Assembly: GCA_964531975.1 (NCBI GenBank)
Contig: CAZHFU010000001.1
Span: 11,051 to 75,050 of the forward strand
Direction of reading: 5' to 3'
Source of the DNA: an uncultured Anaerolinea sp.
Lineage (GTDB): Bacteria; Chloroflexota; Anaerolineae; Anaerolineales; UBA4823
DNA: 64,000 nt
A program made the position numbers and the translations under genes. The notes beneath the pieces were generated by a model that saw only the letters and a list, made by a program, of their open reading frames with translations, was not told the origin of the DNA and made no database searches. Positions within the stretch are counted from its first letter, which is position 1. Each line of letters opens with the position of its first letter. Below are positions 36,550 to 44,036 of this stretch, piece after piece.

Positions 36550-38358
36550 CTAAAGAGCCACAGTGAGAGGTTCCGAGACAACTTTAACCGCGTTAAAGTT
36601 GCAGACCTGCAAACAAATGCCACAGCGGATACAGGTATTGATATCAATTACGTGCGTATGGCGGCGTTCGCCGGAAATGGCTTCCACCGGGCAGTTGCGG
36701 GCGCATACGGTGCAGCCGGTGCAGGCTTCCTCGGAGATATCATAGCGAATGAGGGGCTTGCAAACCTTGGCCGGGCAGTATTTGCCGTAGATATGCGCTT
36801 CGTACTCGTGGCGGAAATGTTTAAGGGTGCTGACAACCGGGGCAGGCGCACCCTGGCCCAGGCCGCACAAACTGTTCTTGCTCACTTCGTGGCACAATGT
36901 TTCGAGCTTTTCGATGTCGCCATGTTCGCCATCGCCGTTGCAAATCTTTTCGAGCAGATCGAGAATACGGCGTGTGCCGATGCGGCAAGGGGTGCACTTG
37001 CCGCAGCTTTCATCTTGGGTGAATTCCATGAAGTAGCGGGCGATATCCACCATGCAGGTTTCGTTATCCAAGATCACCAGGCCGCCGGAACCCATCATGG
37101 CGCCTGCAGAGATGAGCGATTCATAATCAATTTGGTAATCGAGGTATTGCTCTGGCAGACAGCCGCCCATTGGGCCGCCGATTTGGGCGGCTTTGAAGCC
37201 TTTATCATCCACAATGCCGCCGCCCACATCGTACACGACTTCGCGCAAGGTGATGCCCATGGGAACTTCGATCAGGCCGGTGTTGCGCACGTCGCCGGCG
37301 ATGGCGAAGGTCTTTGTGCCTTTCGAGCGTTCGGTTCCCATCGATGCAAACCATTCGGGGCCGCGTAAAATGATTTGCGGGACGTTGGCGTAGGTTTCGA
37401 CGTTGTTAACGTTCGACGGCTTTTTCCACAACCCGGCCTGGGCGGGGAAGGGCGGGCGCGGACGGGGTTCGCCGCGGCGGCCTTCGATCGAGGCGATGAG
37501 GGCGGTTTCTTCGCCGCACACAAAGGCGCCTGCGCCCATGCGCACTTCCAGGTCGAATGAGAAATTGCTGCCCATGATGTTTTCGCCCAGCAAGCCCAGC
37601 TCGCGCGCCTGGCGAATGCCGATCCTCAGGCGTTCAACGGCGATGGGATATTCGGCTCGACAGTAGACGAATCCCTGGCTGGCTCCGATGGCGTAGGCGG
37701 CGATGGTCATGCCTTCGATGACCGAATGCGGATCGCTTTCAAGGACGCGCCGGTTCATGAACGCGCCGGGGTCGCCTTCATCGGCGTTGCAGATGACGAA
37801 CTTCTGATCGCCGGGGTTTTGGCGGCACAGCGACCATTTTCTCCCCGTCGGGAACCCGGCTCCGCCGCGCCCGCGCAAGCCGGAACTGCTGACGGTCTCG
37901 ATCACGGTTTCGGGGGTCATCTCGTTGAGCGCCTTCGCCAACGCCATGTAGCCGTCTTCGGCGATATATTCTTCGATATTGGTGGGATCGATTTTGCCGC
38001 AGTTGCGCAGCACGATACGCACTTCTTTTGGCTTAGGCGGGCCAAGCTCTTCATCGGCGGCGGCGGCGGCTTTTAACAGGAATTTACTCACCACCCGCCC
38101 TTTGAGGAAATGTTCTTCCACCAGGTAGGGGATGTCATCTGCAGAGAGATTGATGTAATGCACGTTCTCCGGGTAGACGACCAGGTCTGGCCCGAATTGA
38201 GTGGGTTCGCCCAGGCGAGAGGTTTCCAACACCTGGACCTCGGCAATCAGACCCTGCGCCACCAACTCGTCGTGCAGCGCGTCGATGATCTCGTACGCGC
38301 CTCGCTCCAAACATTCTGGGTCTACCGATACGAGTACATGTGAACGATAAAATGGCAT
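36550..38358 (-). CDS. NuoF/HydB-like subunit with C-terminal 2x[4Fe-4S] ferredoxin domain (module 2, bifurcating-type architecture)
   Basis: 602 aa. It has GLRGRGGAGFPTGRKW, CNADEGDPGAFMNR, ESCGKCTPCRIG and SLCGLG. The C-terminal tail carries CTGCTVCARNCP and CIRCGICLQVC. Confidence 0.88.
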   Translation of the reverse strand: MPFYRSHVLVSVDPECLERGAYEIIDALHDELVAQGLIAEVQVLETSRLGEPTQFGPDLVVYPENVHYINLSADDIPYLVEEHFLKGRVVSKFLLKAAAAADEELGPPKPKEVRIVLRNCGKIDPTNIEEYIAEDGYMALAKALNEMTPETVIETVSSSGLRGRGGAGFPTGRKWSLCRQNPGDQKFVICNADEGDPGAFMNRRVLESDPHSVIEGMTIAAYAIGASQGFVYCRAEYPIAVERLRIGIRQARELGLLGENIMGSNFSFDLEVRMGAGAFVCGEETALIASIEGRRGEPRPRPPFPAQAGLWKKPSNVNNVETYANVPQIILRGPEWFASMGTERSKGTKTFAIAGDVRNTGLIEVPMGITLREVVYDVGGGIVDDKGFKAAQIGGPMGGCLPEQYLDYQIDYESLISAGAMMGSGGLVILDNETCMVDIARYFMEFTQDESCGKCTPCRIGTRRILDLLEKICNGDGEHGDIEKLETLCHEVSKNSLCGLGQGAPAPVVSTLKHFRHEYEAHIYGKYCPAKVCKPLIRYDISEEACTGCTVCARNCPVEAISGERRHTHVIDINTCIRCGICLQVCNFNAVKVVSEPLTVAL

Positions 38359-38402
38359 AATGATCCTTCTTTGTATTCTATGCTATGAAGCGCGCCGTCA
38401 AA

Positions 38403-38765
38403 CTAAATGACGAATTCTTTGACGATTTGGCCGCCAATGACGTGCCGGCGCATAATCTCACGAGCCACTTCGGGGGTAACTTTGCCGTAGGAAACAGCCG
38501 GCTGATCGCCCACGATAACCTGGATGATCGGTTCAAACGAATCGATGCCGATGTTGCCGGTTTGGCGCACCATAATCTGGCTGAGATTTTCGGTTTCGAT
38601 GATTTCCAGGATGGCCTTCATGGTGTCGCGCGCGCCCGCGGCGATGCCAGGTGTGCCCATACCAACCACAATTTGCACGTGCCCAGGCTCGTTTTTGATA
38701 TCGCGTTTTTGCAAAGCCTCTTCGCGAATACGCTTCAGGTCTTCGATTGATTTAATGGTAGGCAT
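38403..38765 (-). CDS. thioredoxin-like [2Fe-2S]-ferredoxin-fold protein with no cysteines (cluster-less)
   Basis: 120 aa. VVGMGTPGIAAGA and QTGNIGIDSFEP align to the canonical C-x-G-T-x-C and T-G-C-x-G-x-C-x-x-x-P patterns of HydB-N/standalone Trx-like ferredoxins. The protein contains zero Cys. Confidence 0.75.
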   Translation of the reverse strand: MPTIKSIEDLKRIREEALQKRDIKNEPGHVQIVVGMGTPGIAAGARDTMKAILEIIETENLSQIMVRQTGNIGIDSFEPIIQVIVGDQPAVSYGKVTPEVAREIMRRHVIGGQIVKEFVI

Positions 38766-38785
38766 TTGTAATCTCCTGTTTATTA

Positions 38786-39406
38786 TTAGCTGCCAGACTG
38801 GCCTGAGCCAATGCGATTGGCGCGGGTCAGATGGGGGTTGAGGTTCGTGCGAATTCGACTTACACCTTCTTGAAGGGTGGTGCGCAGGAAGGCTAGCACG
38901 TCGGGATTAGTTAGCAGATCGGGGTCGCCCAAAGCCAGTTTAATTTCAGCGTCGTCAAAGATGAAAGGCTCCAGGGCCTGGCCGGCGGCGGTGCGGGCCT
39001 GGTATTCCAGCCGCCAGTGAATTTCAGGGTGGCCCACCACCAGGGTGAGCATTAGCCCGGCCACATCGCCCAAGGGCATGCGATCAATGTGGGTATGCTG
39101 GAAATCTACGGCCACGGTGGCGCCCTTGCCCAGGCGCGAGTTGATCGACATTTGACCGCGGCACATTTCGGCGGCGGCTTTTAGAAGCGGCAGACCCAGG
39201 CCCACCTTACGAGTGGTGCGGCTGGTGACAAATGGGTCGAGGGCGGCGCGGGCCGTTTCTTCGCTCATCCCCCGCCCATTATCCTGGACGCGCAGCGTTA
39301 GTCGGTCGGCCAACAAATCCTCTTCGATGAAGATTGTGATTTGGGTGGCGCGCGCCGCAACGCTGTTCTCGGCAATATCCAGGAGGTGCAGGGACAATTC
39401 TTTCAT
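38786..39406 (-). CDS. stand-alone GHKL (histidine-kinase-like) ATPase embedded in the diaphorase module
   Basis: It has an N-box HLLDIAENSVAA, a G1 box VQDNGRGM and a G2 box GLGLPLL. There is no DHp/phospho-acceptor His domain. I trimmed the start to ATG 39404-39406, 5 nt after the upstream stop. Confidence 0.8.
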   Translation of the reverse strand: MKELSLHLLDIAENSVAARATQITIFIEEDLLADRLTLRVQDNGRGMSEETARAALDPFVTSRTTRKVGLGLPLLKAAAEMCRGQMSINSRLGKGATVAVDFQHTHIDRMPLGDVAGLMLTLVVGHPEIHWRLEYQARTAAGQALEPFIFDDAEIKLALGDPDLLTNPDVLAFLRTTLQEGVSRIRTNLNPHLTRANRIGSGQSGS

Positions 39407-39410
39407 GCGC

Positions 39411-39923
39411 TTATTTTGGTTCCTGAACTTTACGCAGAATTTGGGGGAATTTGTTTGGTTTGACGCGCCCTTGAGCTTCGTCATCCACTACCACAACCGG
39501 GGCCTGGCTGCATGCTCCCACGCAGCGGCAGACTTCGAGGGTAATTAGCCCATCGGCGGTGGTCTGTCCTATGTCGATGCCCAGGGCTTGCTTGGCTTTT
39601 TCGATTAGCTGCGGTGTGCCGCCGACATAGCAGGCGGTTCCCATGCAGAACTTGATGACGTGCTTGCCGCGCGGCTGCGTGGTGAAGAAGGAATAGAAAG
39701 TCACCACCCCATGCACAGAGCTGACGGGGACGTGCAGCTTCTGGGCCACGTAAGCTTGCATCGGTTCGGAAATGTGGCCGATGCGATTTTGTAGATCATT
39801 GAGTACCACCATAACTGCACCGGGTAAATGCTCGTTTTCCGCGAGTACCTGGTCGATGATGGCGCGCTGCTCGGGCATGCTAATCGGGTCGTTTACGGGA
39901 ATGTTATCTAGTTGAAGTTTCAT
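39411..39923 (-). CDS. NuoE/HydC-like 2Fe-2S subunit (module 2)
   Basis: 170 aa. The Cys ligand contexts are CMGTACYVGG and CRCVGACSQAPVV. It is the first gene after the AT-rich spacer. Confidence 0.88.
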   Translation of the reverse strand: MKLQLDNIPVNDPISMPEQRAIIDQVLAENEHLPGAVMVVLNDLQNRIGHISEPMQAYVAQKLHVPVSSVHGVVTFYSFFTTQPRGKHVIKFCMGTACYVGGTPQLIEKAKQALGIDIGQTTADGLITLEVCRCVGACSQAPVVVVDDEAQGRVKPNKFPQILRKVQEPK

Positions 39924-40087
39924 TCATCTCTCCAAATGTGAAAAAACGCACAATAAGTTTACCTGAATAGTCTAATATTTGTAATGGCAGAATGTCATCT
40001 TTACGTGTGATAGTTGTCTATGTAACCGACACGGCAGGTAACACGATTACGTCGTTTCCGGCGAAGGATGACGGATTGTTTTTCCTA
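39924..40087 (-). promoter_or_regulatory. AT-rich intergenic spacer, likely promoter/operator of the diaphorase-hydrogenase-FDH operon
   Basis: This is the only gap longer than 100 nt inside the 16.5-kb cluster, and it is much more AT-rich than its surroundings. The minus strand carries TGACAT...TATTAG-like hexamers and a GGAGAG RBS before ATG 39923. No hexamer pair is a clean consensus. Confidence 0.35.
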
Positions 40088-40828
40088 TTATTCAGTGGCG
40101 CGCAATGAGCGTCCTTTGACGCCCATCACCGCCCATTCGATATCTTGCACGGTGAGCGCTTCCACTTGGTAAAGGTTTACAGATTGAAAATCCGCGGCGT
40201 AATGGACATCTCCGCCTAACACAAGCGGGTAACGCTGAATTTGCGGGAAGCGCCGGCGCGCTTCGAGCGGAGGGCAGCGGCGCGAAACCTCCAGCACTTC
40301 GACCTCCAACCCAGGGGGGACAAACCCCAAGGTGGGCAGTAATCCAAACGCCTGGCGGTCTACATGGGCGGGGATGGGCAGCCCACCCAGGGCGCGCACC
40401 CCACTTACGGCTTGTTCGAGCGTCATGTGGCAAGATACGATCAGGAGGCGTTTTTCTTCGCCCAGCAGATCGCCGGTGTAATCGACCAGGTATTGCTCGC
40501 CAATCTTTTCGGGGTCGTTTTCCAGGTGGGGCAATTGGGCGTCTACGATGGCTTGCCAGGCGGCCAACTGGCCGATTGTATCGAACAAGCATAGTAAATG
40601 CACATCCTCGCGGGTTTGTAGCTCCATGCCGGGGAGCACCAACAGGGGTGTGCCTTGGGCGGCTTCCATCACCGCGGCGCAGTTGCCGGTCGCGTTGTGG
40701 TCGGTAATAAAGATGCAATCTAAACCAGTCTCTAAAGCGCGCGTAACGATCACGGGGGGAATCATTTCCACCCCGGCGCACGGGGATAACACCGTATGAA
40801 CGTGCAGCTCGATCCGCGCTGTGATCAT
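40088..40828 (-). CDS. PHP-domain phosphoesterase
   Basis: 246 aa. It has the N-terminal metal motif ELHVHTVLSPCA, then ITDHN and later His/Asp motifs typical of the PHP fold. Confidence 0.8.
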   Translation of the reverse strand: MITARIELHVHTVLSPCAGVEMIPPVIVTRALETGLDCIFITDHNATGNCAAVMEAAQGTPLLVLPGMELQTREDVHLLCLFDTIGQLAAWQAIVDAQLPHLENDPEKIGEQYLVDYTGDLLGEEKRLLIVSCHMTLEQAVSGVRALGGLPIPAHVDRQAFGLLPTLGFVPPGLEVEVLEVSRRCPPLEARRRFPQIQRYPLVLGGDVHYAADFQSVNLYQVEALTVQDIEWAVMGVKGRSLRATE

Positions 40829-40834
40829 GGCCTT

Positions 40835-41182
40835 CTAACCGGCTGGAAGGCCCATCTCGTAAAGCCGACCCACCACTTCATATAATGTCAGGGGGGTAGA
40901 CAGCAAGGTCACTTCTTGATCGGCGGCCTTGGCTAACACGTCGGCTTCGGGCACGCCGTTTTCGGTAATGATCACGGCGCTTTGTTCGAGCAGCGCCGCG
41001 ACCGCCACCACATTGATGTGAGATTGCAGCGTGACCCACACCCCGCCGTTTTTAGCGCCCGCCATAACGCAGCTAAGCAGATCGGAGGCGTAGCCCGAGG
41101 TGGGGAAGGATTGGTTGAAATCTTGCTGATTGGTGAGAACTTTGAGGTCTAAAGCTTCGATTATATTTTGCAGAGTAATCAT
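40835..41182 (-). CDS. DRTGG-domain protein
   Basis: 115 aa. It matches the DRTGG-family pattern (ASDLLSCVMA...VWVTLQSHINVVAVAAL...VTLLSTPLTLYEVVGRLY). Its ATG overlaps the upstream TAA by 1 nt. Confidence 0.8.
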   Translation of the reverse strand: MITLQNIIEALDLKVLTNQQDFNQSFPTSGYASDLLSCVMAGAKNGGVWVTLQSHINVVAVAALLEQSAVIITENGVPEADVLAKAADQEVTLLSTPLTLYEVVGRLYEMGLPAG

Positions 41183-42183
41183 TAGTCGTCTTCTCCACTG
41201 AAATGAGAACTTTCGCGAAAACTTTCATCCGGTTGCAGATAGATTTTCATTTCTAACTTTGTGCCTTTGCCTGCGGTGGATTGAAGGCTCATTTTATCGA
41301 CGCAGCGTTTAATGTTGAGCAGGCCCATGCCGGCCCCAAAGCCTAATTCGCGGATTTGCTCCCCGGCGGTGGAATAGCCCGCTTGCATGGCAAGGGGAAC
41401 ATCGCTAATGCCGGGGCCTTCATCGATGGTTTGCATTAGGATTCGGTGGGGTTCAATTTCGACTCGGATGATGCCGCCGGAGGTGGTGTGAATGATGAGG
41501 TTCATTTCGGCTTCATAGATGGCAATGCCGCAGCGGCGTGCAATTTGCGGGTTCGCGCCCAGGCGCAGCAGCGCGCGCTTAATGTTGCTAGAGGCATCGC
41601 CGCCATGCAAAAAGTCGCCGTTTTTGATGCGGTAGCGTAAGATCAGGCTGGTGCGGTCGGATCGTATGTCTTCGAACAGGTGGCTGGCGCGGTAACGGCG
41701 CACTTCTTCGGTTTGATAGTCGGTTTGCAAGGCGTTCAGCAGGCCGCGGGTTATGTCGCCCTTGGTAATCATGCCCACCAGGGCGCCTTCGTGGTTAATT
41801 ACTGGCAGGCGGCCCACTTTGCGCCGTCCGAAGGTCTCCATCGCTTCCACGGCGGCGTCAAATTCCTGAATGGTGATCAGTTCGGAACTCATATATTGCG
41901 AGATAGGGGCATTAAGATCATTCGCCTGCATGGCGCGAATCAGATCTTCCAGGCTAACCACGCCACACAGCTTTCCTTTGCATACCACCGGTAGGCCTGA
42001 AATGCGGCGCTGTCGCAGCGTTTCGAGGACGTCGTTCATCGTATCGGTTGGCGACGCAGTGCTGAGGTCGGTAGACATGACCTCGCGCACTTTGAGGTCG
42101 TAAGCTAACTCTTCAACACGACTGATGAGGTTGGCGTCTTCATCCGTAACAATTCGCTTACCGGAGGGGGATAAGGCAGCCAT
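41182..42183 (-). CDS. CBS-pair plus GHKL Ser-kinase-like (RsbW/SpoIIAB-type) protein
   Basis: Two CBS motifs lie in the N-terminal half. The C-terminal half has the N-box YEAEMNLIIH, G1 IDEGPGI and G2 GFGAGMGL. I trimmed the start to ATG 42183, directly after the upstream stop at 42185. Confidence 0.8.
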   Translation of the reverse strand: MAALSPSGKRIVTDEDANLISRVEELAYDLKVREVMSTDLSTASPTDTMNDVLETLRQRRISGLPVVCKGKLCGVVSLEDLIRAMQANDLNAPISQYMSSELITIQEFDAAVEAMETFGRRKVGRLPVINHEGALVGMITKGDITRGLLNALQTDYQTEEVRRYRASHLFEDIRSDRTSLILRYRIKNGDFLHGGDASSNIKRALLRLGANPQIARRCGIAIYEAEMNLIIHTTSGGIIRVEIEPHRILMQTIDEGPGISDVPLAMQAGYSTAGEQIRELGFGAGMGLLNIKRCVDKMSLQSTAGKGTKLEMKIYLQPDESFRESSHFSGEDD

Positions 42184-42184
42184 G

Positions 42185-42556
42185 TTATTCTCCCAGGCAT
42201 TCGGGCAGATTGTTCTCGAAACTAGGCAGCCCGGCGCGATAGAGGCGGCCACAGACCTCGAACATGCCATAGGGGGTGGTGATGAGAGGAATGCCTTCGG
42301 CCTCGGCTAGCTCGATGGTTTCTTTGGGGGGCTGTTTGCCGCGCACAAACACAATGGCGCGCACATCGGCCATTTGCGCGGTGCGTACTACCTGCGGATT
42401 GCATAGTCCGGTGAGCAAGACAGCTTCGGGTTGAATGGAGGCCAGCACATCGCTCATTAAATCCGCTCCGCAGCCCCCGGCCACCTCCTGTTCAAGAGAA
42501 ACTTGAGTGGTAAAGCATGTTCCGCGAACGATTTCGATAACATCTTTGATTTTCAT
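42185..42556 (-). CDS. DRTGG-domain protein
   Basis: 123 aa. GADLMSDVLASIQPEAVLLTGLCNPQVVRTAQMADVRAIVFVRGK...IPLITTPYGMFEVCGRLY. Confidence 0.8.
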   Translation of the reverse strand: MKIKDVIEIVRGTCFTTQVSLEQEVAGGCGADLMSDVLASIQPEAVLLTGLCNPQVVRTAQMADVRAIVFVRGKQPPKETIELAEAEGIPLITTPYGMFEVCGRLYRAGLPSFENNLPECLGE

Positions 42557-42568
42557 AGACTATTTCGC

Positions 42569-43381
42569 TTACTTAAAATCGATCCTTTCGGGTATTGTAT
42601 AGACAATGAAGCGTTGTTTGGCGGCATAGCCAATTAAAGTTATGCCGTATTGCTGCGCCAGATTTAGCGATAGGGTAGAGGGGGCGGTGCGCGAAATGAG
42701 CAGGTGCGCGCCAATGCGGTGCGCTTTCTGAAGCATTTCAGAGGAAATGCGCCCGGTGGTTAGCACAACCTGGGCCGGCTGCGGCGGCGGCTGCATGAGC
42801 AGACGGCCGGCGAGCTTATCGAGTGTGTTGTGGCGCCCAATATCATCGGCGCTAAACAGAACGCGTTGGCCGTCGCTTAAAACGGAGGTGTGGATACCGC
42901 CCGCCAATCGATATAAGCTTTGGGATTCGAAGAGAGAATCTACCAGATCGGTGATTTGTTGGGTTGAATAGCGACCGACTTCTTCCGCCGGAATAGCTAA
43001 GGGGGCGGATGCGGGCGAATCTTCCTGAGAGTGTACGCTGGTGGCGCCGCCGGTACAGCCGCTGGTGCGGCGCCAATCGGGGGGTTGGGCGACGGTTTTG
43101 TTGAGCCACACATCGATATTATCGCCGGCGTCGCACACGCGCACCGAGGCGGTTTCATCGTAACGTTGGATCACGCCTTCGTTGAACAGAAAGCCGAGCG
43201 CCAGCGCTTCAAGATCAACCGGGGTACACATTAAGGTCAGCCAGGTGGCGCCGTTGACAGAGAGAGAAACCGGTTGTTCGACAATAACCTGGCCGAGGTT
43301 GGGGCGCGCCCCTTGGGCGTCAACTTGCAGCCAGGTGAAGGGCCGACTGGGGGGGAATGGATTAGAATGAGAGATAGTCAT
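42569..43381 (-). CDS. fdhD: formate dehydrogenase accessory sulfurtransferase FdhD
   Basis: 270 aa. EQPVSLSVNG, LALGFLFNEG, the Cys loop RRTSGCTGG, GGIHTS, IGRHNTLDKL, and a C-terminal ISRTAPSTLSLNLAQQYGITLIGY. Confidence 0.88.
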   Translation of the reverse strand: MTISHSNPFPPSRPFTWLQVDAQGARPNLGQVIVEQPVSLSVNGATWLTLMCTPVDLEALALGFLFNEGVIQRYDETASVRVCDAGDNIDVWLNKTVAQPPDWRRTSGCTGGATSVHSQEDSPASAPLAIPAEEVGRYSTQQITDLVDSLFESQSLYRLAGGIHTSVLSDGQRVLFSADDIGRHNTLDKLAGRLLMQPPPQPAQVVLTTGRISSEMLQKAHRIGAHLLISRTAPSTLSLNLAQQYGITLIGYAAKQRFIVYTIPERIDFK

Positions 43382-43427
43382 GGTGCACCGGTAAGCCGCT
43401 TAGCTCCAAATTTCACAAACGGGCCGT

Positions 43428-43436
43428 ATTATAACA
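43428..43436 (-). promoter_or_regulatory. extended -10 promoter element (TGTTATAAT) upstream of fdhD
   Basis: The minus strand reads TGTTATAAT (the TGnTATAAT form) ~47 nt upstream of the fdhD ATG. No convincing -35 is present, which is compatible with an extended -10 promoter. Confidence 0.4.
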
Positions 43437-43544
43437 GAGAATTGTCGTTGGAAGACTGTTCTCCGCTTCAATGAGAGCATTTTAGTGTTGTGATGTGCGA
43501 TCTGGTGAAGATGTCTGACCACTTGATGATACCATGAGAACGGC

Positions 43545-44036
43545 TTATTCACGCAGCATGATCCACATCATTTCATTAAACACCCGCAGCCGGTAAAGGA
43601 TAGCGGCCACACGCCACAAGCGTTGGAACGCCGGAGGTAGGGTGGGCGGCGTTACGCGCCGGAAACCAAAGCGGAGGTAGAAGCTGCCCATGGATGGGCG
43701 GCAGGTGAGGTAAAGCGGGCCGGGGTGAGTTTCAACCAGGCGCGCAATAATGGCCGAGGCTGCGCCTTGACCACGGGCCTTCTCCACCGTGGCGATGGAA
43801 GCCAGTTCTTGGGTTCCATCGCCATGGCGTTTGACTTGACCACAAGCTAAGATTTGTCCATTGCCATCAACCGCCAGCCAGAAACGCGGCCAGTGCAGCC
43901 CCAGGGGGTTAATATGCACCTGCCGGATGAGGGCGCGGATGGCCGCCTGGTCGGCGGGTGTGGCTGGCCGCAGGATAAATGGCGAGGCGTGGGGCGAAGC
44001 CGCCTCGCCCGGTTGATCTGTCAGGGCAGCGTCCAT
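43545..44036 (-). CDS. GNAT family N-acetyltransferase
   Basis: 163 aa. It has the acetyl-CoA-binding motif ARGQGAASAII (Q/RxxGxG/A) and a C-terminal FYLRFGF. Confidence 0.85.
   Translation of the reverse strand: MDAALTDQPGEAASPHASPFILRPATPADQAAIRALIRQVHINPLGLHWPRFWLAVDGNGQILACGQVKRHGDGTQELASIATVEKARGQGAASAIIARLVETHPGPLYLTCRPSMGSFYLRFGFRRVTPPTLPPAFQRLWRVAAILYRLRVFNEMMWIMLRE

Noticed and set aside
36427-37368. 313-aa plus-strand ORF antisense to the NuoF(2)/NuoE(1) genes.
   Set aside because: It has no recognisable domain and an Ala/Gly/His-rich mirror-image composition. The opposite strand encodes intact FMN and Fe-S motifs, so the minus-strand genes explain the open frame.
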